Positions 28,897 to 36,164 of a DNA stretch of 64,000 nt are shown piece after piece (the stretch's first letter is position 1; the number at the start of each line of letters is the position of its first letter). A program made the position numbers and the translations under genes. Below the pieces are notes generated by a model. The model worked only from the letters and a program-made list of their open reading frames with translations, had not been told where the DNA came from and ran no database searches. The DNA is from an archaeon GW2011_AR15 (GTDB taxonomy: Archaea; Nanobdellota; Nanobdellia; Woesearchaeales; GW2011-AR15), in assembly GCA_000830295.1 (NCBI GenBank), contig CP010425.1, positions 736,001-800,000 of the forward strand. The letters are read 5' to 3'.

Positions 28897-29223
28897 TCAG
28901 TTTGGCAAAGCAATAAGAGTCTCAAGAGGAACATAGAATCTTGATACTCTGTGTTCGCCGGTGTCATTAATCCCGACAAGAACATATCTCTGGTTATTTT
29001 CCTCAAGAAGTATCGGGGATTTCCCGTCATTCGACATTACTCCAACCTTTACAATTCCGTCTCTTACTTTATCGTCAAGAGGCATATCTTTTGGGGATAC
29101 ATCAGTCCGATTTACATAAATTCCCGTTATTCCGTCCTTTGTATGAAAAGTCACAAAATACTCATGGCTGAACATTCCCGGACCGTATTCCGTGTAGATA
29201 TAATGGTTTACTTCATCACCCAT
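28897..29223 (-). CDS. Hypothetical protein
   Basis: 108-aa ORF with TATA-like tract upstream. Confidence 0.55.
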   Translation of the reverse strand: MGDEVNHYIYTEYGPGMFSHEYFVTFHTKDGITGIYVNRTDVSPKDMPLDDKVRDGIVKVGVMSNDGKSPILLEENNQRYVLVGINDTGEHRVSRFYVPLETLIALPN

Positions 29224-29286
29224 GCAGTGTCCAAAGGAAATGTTATATTTAAATCTTCATAGTTTCCAAAATAATGTTTAGAAAAT

Positions 29287-29399
29287 AAGCCTCCGAAGAT
29301 ATCCTCACTTGCGTTCGGAAACCTTTCGGAGTCTTTAAATTAAGCCTCCGAAGGGTTAAGTCACTTTCGTTCCTGAACCCACGTAGCCTTAATAAATTA
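29287..29399 (-). repeat. Two tandem tRNA-Thr minihelix-like trailer modules
   Basis: aagcctccgaag at 29287, 29342 and 29399; 20-bp identity 29336-29355 vs 29393-29412; caps GAACGAAAGTGA and GAACGCAAGTGA. Confidence 0.85.
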
Positions 29400-29500
29400 A
29401 GCCTCCGAAGGGAATTGAACCCTCGACCTGCGGATTGCTCCCAACCTTTTCTTAAAAGGCTGTTACAAGTCCGCCGCAATAGCCGCTATGCTACGGAGGC
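29400..29500 (-). tRNA. tRNA-Thr(TGT) with 28-nt intron at 37/38 (29436-29463)
   Basis: GCGGA-CTTGTA|intron|A-TCCGC; GCCTCCG/CGGAGGC acceptor. Confidence 0.92.
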
Positions 29501-29555
29501 ATTTTTGCCAAAGTAGCTTTCGAAAATCCTTGATTTTCGATGTGCTACGGAGGCA
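29501..29555 (-). repeat. tRNA-Thr 5' leader module with 13-bp copy of the tRNA 5' end
   Basis: tgctacggaggca at 29489 and 29543; hairpin TCGAAAATC-AAG-GATTTTCGA. Confidence 0.85.
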
Positions 29556-29600
29556 CGTATATTCAGGATTAAAAAGCCATTTAAATAAGTTTTTAATATT

Positions 29601-30272
29601 TCAGAACCACTGCTTCTCTTCAGACATCCTTTTCCTTGCTTCTGAAACCCTGTTCAGCTCTAGATAAAACTTGAGGTCTTCTACAAATCTTTCAGCTCTC
29701 CTCCTCAGCTCTATCTCCTGTTCCCTGAACCTGTCCTTATAGATCATTCTCAGGAAATACTCATGCAGCACTTTCCCGAGTGCAAATTTTGAATTGTCGT
29801 TGAACCAGCCGTTTATGTCAATCTCAAGTATTGAGTTGAACCACATCAGGAATTCCCCTACATACGGCTTTATCTTTTTTCCCTTGTACATTATCTCTAC
29901 ACGTTTCATATTAGTCGTTAGGACGTCAATATCCCACCTGTACCTGAAAAAGGGGTGCTCTCCTGCTATTCCGCCATGGTTATTTCTCAGGCGCCACCAC
30001 CACCTTATCTCCTTGTGGCCCTGCTGGTCCCTGTATTCTCCATAGAAATCCTCTATCCACTTCCGGTCGCCGACACTGTGTATTGACGTCCATCCTTCCT
30101 CTGTAAGCCAGTGGTGCATAAATCGGTATATATTCTCAAGATGGACTATCCTGACTTGTTTTATCTGTGTGCTGTATACAAGAAGGTTGCCTTCTGTCCA
30201 GGAGGTGTCTTCAGGAGGGGGTGCCCACTGGGTCCTTACTCCGCCGGGATGCTTAGGGGTCCAAATAGTCAT
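29601..30272 (-). CDS. Hypothetical protein (Trp-rich)
   Basis: 223-aa ORF, TATA upstream, no recognised motif. Confidence 0.65.
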   Translation of the reverse strand: MTIWTPKHPGGVRTQWAPPPEDTSWTEGNLLVYSTQIKQVRIVHLENIYRFMHHWLTEEGWTSIHSVGDRKWIEDFYGEYRDQQGHKEIRWWWRLRNNHGGIAGEHPFFRYRWDIDVLTTNMKRVEIMYKGKKIKPYVGEFLMWFNSILEIDINGWFNDNSKFALGKVLHEYFLRMIYKDRFREQEIELRRRAERFVEDLKFYLELNRVSEARKRMSEEKQWF

Positions 30273-30390
30273 GCTATATCTAACAGGGAATGTGCTATAT
30301 AAAAGTTTCGGAAAAATGTATACTAGTTTAGATAATAGCTTATACTAGAAAACTCATTAATTTATATTCCAATGCCAATTCACTCTCCGC

Positions 30391-31134
30391 ATGGTAAACT
30401 TCTGGAAGCTCGTGAATAAGGTAATAAAAGAGGCTGATATACTCCTTCTTGTATTGGATTCCAGGATGCCGGAGCTCACAAGGAACAGGGAGCTGGAACA
30501 GAAGATCGGCAGCAAGAAGCTTATCTATGTACTTAACAAATGCGACCTTATCCCTAAGGATGAGATGGAGGAGGTAGCCAGGAAATACAGTCCATCAGTC
30601 TTTGTCTCAAGCAGGGAAAAGCTAGGAGGGACGCTGCTGTTCAGGAAGATTATGGAATTGTCAAGAGGAGAGCCATGCATCGTGGGAGTTATAGGCTACC
30701 CAAATGTCGGCAAAAGCTCAGTCATCAACCTGCTGAAAGGCAAAAAATCAGCTTCCATCAGCCCACAGTCAGGGCATACAAGAGGCATACAGTTTATCTC
30801 TGCAAAAGGCAAGATAAAATTAATAGATACCCCGGGGGTATTGGAATTCAGCGAAAAGGAAATTATGAAGCAGATAATGATAGGCTCAAAGAACCCGCAG
30901 CATGTCAAAGAGCCGGATTACTATGCGGCAAAGCTTATTGAGCAGTTCCCGAAAATGTTTGAAAAGCATTGCGGGCTTGAATATGCAGGGGACCCCTATG
31001 ATTTCCTGGAGAAATTTGCCCTGAAAAGCAATACGCTTGTCAAGGGCGGAAACCCGGATATGAACAGGATTGGCCGCATGCTTTTGCAGGACTGGCAGAA
31101 AGGCAAAGTGCACGAGAAGTTTCTGGAAAACTAA
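30391..31134 (+). CDS. Circularly permuted GTPase, YlqF/RbgA family
   Basis: NKCD before GYPNVGKS, GHTRG, DTPG. Confidence 0.92.
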   Translation: MVNFWKLVNKVIKEADILLLVLDSRMPELTRNRELEQKIGSKKLIYVLNKCDLIPKDEMEEVARKYSPSVFVSSREKLGGTLLFRKIMELSRGEPCIVGVIGYPNVGKSSVINLLKGKKSASISPQSGHTRGIQFISAKGKIKLIDTPGVLEFSEKEIMKQIMIGSKNPQHVKEPDYYAAKLIEQFPKMFEKHCGLEYAGDPYDFLEKFALKSNTLVKGGNPDMNRIGRMLLQDWQKGKVHEKFLEN

Positions 31135-31247
31135 TAGATTAAAAGGGTAAGCAACACCAAAAAACCAGTTGTTTTTCTATTAAAACAGCTGGAAAACCAA
31201 ATAATTTATATGATGGATTTACTTCCTACCTCTTATAAGGAGTAAAT

Positions 31248-31847
31248 ATGGCTGAAGCAATTAACCCAGAAACAAAAACAAATCTGCATCTAAATGTTAA
31301 AGATCCTGTTTCAGAAGGGAAAGTAACGCTTACCAAAAATGAGCAAAAAGTGCTAAAGCAGATAATTATTAAGGAAAAGCTATCAGACACTACTATAGCA
31401 GGCAGTATGAAGCTTTCCCAGCAGGCAGTTAACCAGATTAGGTCAAAGCTGGAAAACTTAGGCGTGATTAAAGGGTATTCTCCGATAATAGATTTTGAAA
31501 AAATAGGCATTACTGTTATCATTTTAATAGGTATCAGGCTTACACATAAAGTTTGGGAGAATAAGAAAGAATGGGAAATTGAACAAAACCTAAAGAAAAT
31601 CCCTTTTATCTTTGAAGCTTATAGGATAGCCGGCCAGGATATCTCCCATGTACTATGCATGGGATTTAAAGATGACATTCAAAAAGATAAATTCATAAAA
31701 AAACTTCAGACTATATATGAAGATCAGCTGAACCTTAAGTGGAGTTATTCTTTTTCTGCTAAAGATATAATACTACAGGATCAACTTGGGCTGTTGTATC
31801 AAATTATTGATAAAAAAGATTTTGAATTCGAAAAATTATTCTTGTAG
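31248..31847 (+). CDS. Lrp/AsnC-family transcriptional regulator
   Basis: HTH (SQQAV..KLENLGVIKGY..IDFEKIG) plus RAM-like domain. Confidence 0.85.
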   Translation: MAEAINPETKTNLHLNVKDPVSEGKVTLTKNEQKVLKQIIIKEKLSDTTIAGSMKLSQQAVNQIRSKLENLGVIKGYSPIIDFEKIGITVIILIGIRLTHKVWENKKEWEIEQNLKKIPFIFEAYRIAGQDISHVLCMGFKDDIQKDKFIKKLQTIYEDQLNLKWSYSFSAKDIILQDQLGLLYQIIDKKDFEFEKLFL

Positions 31848-31933
31848 GTTCAATGTGTTTTAGTTCACAATTTTTAATGCTGTAAATCTTGTAGACTACT
31901 AGCGATTATTTATGAATTCATGGCTTCTTATAA

Positions 31934-32152
31934 ATGAATATGGTGAATCATAAAAACCCAATAACGACCTGTTGGTGTTGCAAAAAGAGCTTTGACGGCA
32001 ACTTTGAGATAAAAAATCTACAAATAGTTTGTCCTTATTGTAAAAAACCACAATCGTCTGTCTTCGAAAAAAAATCTCAGGCTGAAATTATAAGAAAATC
32101 TAAAGTCACACTAAAAAAGTTTAAAACAGCATTCAAAAATTCACAGCCATAA
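31934..32152 (+). CDS. Small zinc-ribbon protein
   Basis: CWCC..CPYC. Confidence 0.55.
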   Translation: MNMVNHKNPITTCWCCKKSFDGNFEIKNLQIVCPYCKKPQSSVFEKKSQAEIIRKSKVTLKKFKTAFKNSQP

Positions 32153-32171
32153 AAAAAGCGGGGCAGAGAAA

Positions 32172-32321
32172 ATGTTATATGTTGATAATAAAGGGAAATT
32201 CTTTTCAGAAGAAGAAACTGCAGCACTCTCATCCTGGGAGATTGAGCTGAGGGGAATCCATGCATATGAAGAGAATCTGGAAAAACGACTCTTCAATCAC
32301 ATGGATGATATGATTATCTAA
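32172..32321 (+). CDS. Small hypothetical protein, 49 aa (not in ORF track)
   Basis: MLYVDNKGKFFSEEETAALSSWEIELRGIHAYEENLEKRLFNHMDDMII. Confidence 0.45.
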   Translation: MLYVDNKGKFFSEEETAALSSWEIELRGIHAYEENLEKRLFNHMDDMII

Positions 32322-32494
32322 TTGGCAGTTTCAGAAATTAGAGATTGTGTCAGTCCAATATAAATATTAAAAATTTTTCTTAATAGTGTGTATCTGCGTA
32401 TACTACAAGGTTTCTTTGCAAGAGTATGTTAGTTCACTAGAACCTCTTTATATAGCTATAATCATTAATCTAGTATACAATAAAGAACCATGAG

Positions 32495-33148
32495 GTGGTT
32501 TTAATGGGAAAAAAATATGAATACCATAAACAAAATGACTATCCTGGAGAAAGGGTAGCAGAGCAAAAAAGAATCTCTGATAGAGAAGATATTACAAATA
32601 AGCGATCTAATACAAAGTCACTTATTATTGTAGGGCTATTAGTAATTCTAATTGCTGGAGTTACTTGGGGTTATATGGCTTCGTCACAAGAATCTGATGA
32701 GCTAAACTCAAATGATGAGGTGCTTTTTACAGCAGACACCATGAGGCCAGGCATAGTTAAAGTTTCACCAGCAAACAACGAGTTGAATGTCGAAACGCAA
32801 GACGCAGTGACAGTACGATTCAGCGAACAGATGGATGCGAGTACTATCAATAAATATACTTTCACCGTAGTGCAGAGGACAACTCCAGAAAATGGGCCAA
32901 CTTCGCCAGATTATCGATCAAGGCAAATTGAGGGTATAGTTACGTATAATGACTTAGGTCTTATCGCAACCTTTACACCAAAAGAGAAGTTTACACCAAA
33001 CCAAGAATACGGGAACGTGTTTACTGTATCGATAACAACAGCAGTAAAGGATCTTGCAGGCAATTCGCTTTCGCAGGATTATGTGTGGAGCTTTACTACA
33101 GGTAGCAACCCGTTTAATACCGGCACTACAACTTCACAAACAGCTTAA
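32495..33148 (+). CDS. Membrane-anchored Ig-like (Big_5/SbsA-type) domain protein
   Basis: TM; VSPANN, VRFSEQMD, ATFTP, VKDLAGN, WSFTT. Confidence 0.8.
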   Translation: MVLMGKKYEYHKQNDYPGERVAEQKRISDREDITNKRSNTKSLIIVGLLVILIAGVTWGYMASSQESDELNSNDEVLFTADTMRPGIVKVSPANNELNVETQDAVTVRFSEQMDASTINKYTFTVVQRTTPENGPTSPDYRSRQIEGIVTYNDLGLIATFTPKEKFTPNQEYGNVFTVSITTAVKDLAGNSLSQDYVWSFTTGSNPFNTGTTTSQTA

Positions 33149-33386
33149 TTTTTTTTTATTTTTTTAATCAAACCTAAAAATCATGAGTACACTGTTTTCT
33201 GAAATATTTCATATTGTTTCACCGATATTAAATATATCTAAAATGCTACCCTGCATTTACGACTATCGGGGTGAGGAAAATGAGAAGAATAATCCTGCAT
33301 TGCAGGCAATTTGGGACATTTTCTTTGAAATAATCCCTTCTATATCAATAACATCTATAAATTAAATGCTTTTCCGATTGTCTAAA

Positions 33387-33447
33387 GGGACATTGGTTAA
33401 ACTTGGTTACGTTCACGGAAACCAAGTTTCCGAGAACCCGAAAAAGC
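33387..33447 (+). repeat. tRNA-Pro 5' leader hairpin module
   Basis: 10-bp inverted repeat AAACTTGGTT/AACCAAGTTT (33399-33429), preceded by a weak 5'-end-like GGGACATTGGT located 26 nt after TATAAA. Confidence 0.5.
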
Positions 33448-33521
33448 GGGGTTGTGGTCTAGCTTGGTATGATTCGCGGTTCGGGACCGCGAGGTCGGGG
33501 GTTCGAATCCTCCCAACCCCA
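33448..33521 (+). tRNA. tRNA-Pro(CGG)
   Basis: Full cloverleaf, CGCGG-TTCGGGA-CCGCG. Confidence 0.95.
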
Positions 33522-33603
33522 CTTTCAGGTACGCTTGAGCAAAGCGAAACGTACCTTCTCCGTCAATGCTGAAAAGGATTGGTGCGTAATCCTCCCAACC
33601 CCA
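33522..33603 (+). repeat. tRNA-Pro 3' trailer module with 16-bp copy of the tRNA 3' end
   Basis: AATCCTCCCAACCCCA at 33506 and 33588; AGGTAC..GAGCAAAGCGA..GTACCT; CGTCAAT-G-CT-GAAA-AG-G-ATTGGTG. Confidence 0.88.
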
Positions 33604-33610
33604 TTTTTTC

Positions 33611-33664
33611 GAGGTATTCAAGGTTCGGGACCTTGAGGTCTGGGTTCGAATCCCAGGAACCCCA
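33611..33664 (+). pseudogene. D-armless / 5'-truncated tRNA-Pro(CGG)-like sequence
   Basis: CAAGG-TTCGGGA-CCTTG, CTGGG-TTCGAAT-CCCAG, GAACCCCA; no D arm. Confidence 0.8.
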
Positions 33665-33668
33665 CATC

Positions 33669-33741
33669 GGGCTCGTAGCTCATCGGCCAGAGCGTTCCCC
33701 TCGCACGGGAAAGGCAGCGAGTTCAATTCTCGCCGGGTCCA
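33669..33741 (+). tRNA. tRNA-Ala(CGC)
   Basis: TTCCC-CTCGCAC-GGGAA; G3:U70 pair. Confidence 0.95.
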
Positions 33742-33787
33742 TCCTAGATTTTCCTAAAATTATAGTTATTAAATACACAGAATAAAG

Positions 33788-33896
33788 AGCGAGGGGGGGG
33801 ACTCGAACCCCCGATGATCGGGATCTACATGTCATAGCGTTAGCTCATCATCCCGGATGTTGCAGCCGATTGCCTTAGCCGCTTGGCGACCCCCGC
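33788..33896 (-). tRNA. tRNA-Cys(GCA) with 37-nt intron at 37/38 (33823-33859)
   Basis: ATCGG-CTGCAA|intron|C-CCGAT; CTGC/GTAG central helix; U73. Confidence 0.9.
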
Positions 33897-33941
33897 GATT
33901 CTAGTTACCGTGAAAACAGAGTTGTTTATAAAAGTTTTTGA

Positions 33942-34862
33942 ATGCAGAGAGAAATACTTAAATATGCGCGTAATACACTTCAGCCGATGTTTGAGACGTT
34001 TTCAAGGAGTTGGGAGATAACCAAGCAGACATTCAGGGTTATTAATGCAGACAGGGAGATACTGCTCTATCCAGTTGTATCGTCAATAATCTCTATAATC
34101 TTCTTCGTGGTGATGGTTTTTCCATTTATAGCTACAGGCCTTGTCTCAGAAATTCTGTCAAGAGACGCAGGTGCCTTTCTGTTCTGGGTAACATTGTTCG
34201 GATTTTACCTGGGAGTTTCATTTGTGGCAACATTCTTCAATGTGGCAACAGTATACTGCGCAAACAAGAGGTTCCACAAAGGAAACCCAACATTCACAGA
34301 AGGGCTCAAAGAGGCATTTAAGAGGATACACCTGATTTTTCTCTGGTCGCTTGTCTCAGCTACTGTAGGGATACTGATAAACAGCCTTGAGAATTCAGCA
34401 AAAAAATCAAAAGGAATTAGCAGGGTAATAATTTCAGCAGTTGCCAGCCTTGTTGGCATGGCGTGGAGCATAGTAACGCTGTTTGTCATACCTGCCATTG
34501 TTATAGAAAATGTAGGCCCTGTTGACGCAATAAAAAGATCGGCCCAGACACTGAAAAAGACATGGGGAGAAAGCCTTATAAGACATTTTGGGCTCGGAGC
34601 TGCTCAGGGTATGTTCTCATTTGCAGGCTTTTTCTTCTTGTTGGCACCTGCAATAGTAAGCCTTGTATTTTTTCAGAGCATCCTTATGTTTGCCGTCCTG
34701 ATGGCACTCTTCATTATCTATATAGTCATAGTAAGCCTGGTGTTCTCAACAGCAAACACAGTCTTCAACACAGCCCTTTTTGTCTATGCCAAGACAGGCA
34801 AGATTCCCGGATTCTATTCCAAAGATACAATGAAGCACGCTTTCAAGGCAGAGAAGAAATAG
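33942..34862 (+). CDS. Conserved multi-TM membrane protein (DUF6159-like)
   Basis: SRSWEI, AWSIVTLFVIP, AIKRS..KKTWGE; true start may be MFETF. Confidence 0.75.
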   Translation: MQREILKYARNTLQPMFETFSRSWEITKQTFRVINADREILLYPVVSSIISIIFFVVMVFPFIATGLVSEILSRDAGAFLFWVTLFGFYLGVSFVATFFNVATVYCANKRFHKGNPTFTEGLKEAFKRIHLIFLWSLVSATVGILINSLENSAKKSKGISRVIISAVASLVGMAWSIVTLFVIPAIVIENVGPVDAIKRSAQTLKKTWGESLIRHFGLGAAQGMFSFAGFFFLLAPAIVSLVFFQSILMFAVLMALFIIYIVIVSLVFSTANTVFNTALFVYAKTGKIPGFYSKDTMKHAFKAEKK

Positions 34863-34873
34863 TAAGAAAAAAA

Positions 34874-34933
34874 ATGAGCCTGCGAGGAGAACTCACTTGC
34901 GTTCGTGCTCCTCTGGTCTCATTCGCTTCGCTT
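34874..34933 (-). repeat. tRNA-Arg minihelix-like 3' trailer module
   Basis: atgagcctgcgagga at 34874 and 34934; CGAACGCAAGTGAG cap identical to the Thr module; AAGCGAAGCGAA next to the tRNA. Confidence 0.88.
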
Positions 34934-34934
34934 A

Positions 34935-35008
34935 TGAGCCTGCGAGGATTTGAACCCCGGTATTCAGCTTAGAAGGCTGATGTCCTATCCAGGCTGGACG
35001 ACAGGCTC
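34935..35008 (-). tRNA. tRNA-Arg(TCT)
   Basis: TCAGC-CTTCTAA-GCTGA; full cloverleaf. Confidence 0.95.
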
Positions 35009-35073
35009 GATACTCTATAGAATTCTGCAGGCATTTTAAAACGTTTTGGATATAACTAGTAAAAAGCCAAAAG

Positions 35074-36162
35074 TTAAGGCAGCCATGTCTTCGGGTTTTT
35101 CAGTTTATCCGGAAGATAATTGCTTATGACGAAATTCAGGCCGTGCTGTGCGAGTGCCTGCTGCTCCGCCCTTTTTTTCAGCTTTACCATCTCTATGAGG
35201 GATTTCTCCCATTGCTTGTAATGTTTTACAAAAGGATCATTCTTTATACCGTCCTTTATCCTCTTTATATCGACTTCCTTCAGCGGATGCGTAGGCAGCT
35301 TGTAGTCTATTATATCCTGAGTTGTAATGCCGAAGAATTTTGCATTTGGGACGCAGAAATATTTGTTTATGTGCGCGGCGTTTCCAGAGCCAACCTTAAA
35401 AGTCCTGTATATGTTCAGGAAGCCGTATGGGTCGCCGTCTGTGAATACATAGACCGGCAGTTTTCTCTCATCGCTTAATCTTCTTACAAACCGCCTGCAT
35501 GCCCTTGTCGGCACTCCTCCCATTGAAACCAGGATGCAGTTGGCTGTTTTCCAGTAAGTGTGCTTCACAAGCCTCTGGAACATACCTGCAGTCTCTATAG
35601 CGAGTATGAATTTTGCATTTGTCTCGAATTTCAGGTGCTCGACGGAGATTGGTATAGAGTACGCGCCGGAGCCGAACTTGGTGCAGTCTATCCTTATCTC
35701 TTTGCCTGTTTCAGGATCCTTGTCTATCACTACAAGCTTTCCTGCAATGTCCCCTCCTTTCTCCTCAGGAACAAAGCCCATCTGCTCCCGGTTGACCATG
35801 AACATGGCTTCTATGTCATCCATGACAGTATCTGACTCAACCTGCTCTTTGAACCTTGCATCCCCCCAGTTCTTGCTCACATAATATGTTTCCCTCTTTG
35901 TTGCGATATCATCTGTCTCAACAAGGGTTTTGGAGAGCGCCATCATCTTAAGGGTCTGGGCGAATGTCTTTACAGTTGAAGCAGTCAGAGTTCTCGATTT
36001 GAACTTATTGTCCAGCTGGAAGTAACCCTCTTTTTCGTCATATGTAACATTCTGCAGGCTCCTCAGTGGCATTGAGACTTCAGGCTTTTCCTCTTTAAGT
36101 ATTTCAGTATATATTCTCTTGGATACACTCTTTATCTTCTTTGGAACATCTTCTTCAGTCAT
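35074..36162 (-). CDS. top6A: DNA topoisomerase VI subunit A
   Basis: TKRETYY, IETAGMF, DGDPYG, AEQQA. Confidence 0.96.
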   Translation of the reverse strand: MTEEDVPKKIKSVSKRIYTEILKEEKPEVSMPLRSLQNVTYDEKEGYFQLDNKFKSRTLTASTVKTFAQTLKMMALSKTLVETDDIATKRETYYVSKNWGDARFKEQVESDTVMDDIEAMFMVNREQMGFVPEEKGGDIAGKLVVIDKDPETGKEIRIDCTKFGSGAYSIPISVEHLKFETNAKFILAIETAGMFQRLVKHTYWKTANCILVSMGGVPTRACRRFVRRLSDERKLPVYVFTDGDPYGFLNIYRTFKVGSGNAAHINKYFCVPNAKFFGITTQDIIDYKLPTHPLKEVDIKRIKDGIKNDPFVKHYKQWEKSLIEMVKLKKRAEQQALAQHGLNFVISNYLPDKLKNPKTWLP

Positions 36163-36164
36163 TT

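Noticed and set aside
29287-29412. Three direct repeats at 55-57 bp spacing resembling a mini-CRISPR array
   Set aside because: The repeat is the tRNA-Thr 3' end, the spacers are related hairpins, and no cas genes are present.
33366-33785. Short ORFs over the tRNA cluster (also 29249-29479)
   Set aside because: They overlap tRNA genes and are spurious translations.
26961-35008. Prophage or integrative element bounded by tRNA att sites
   Set aside because: Duplicated ends enclose under 100 bp. No integrase or distant att copy was seen.
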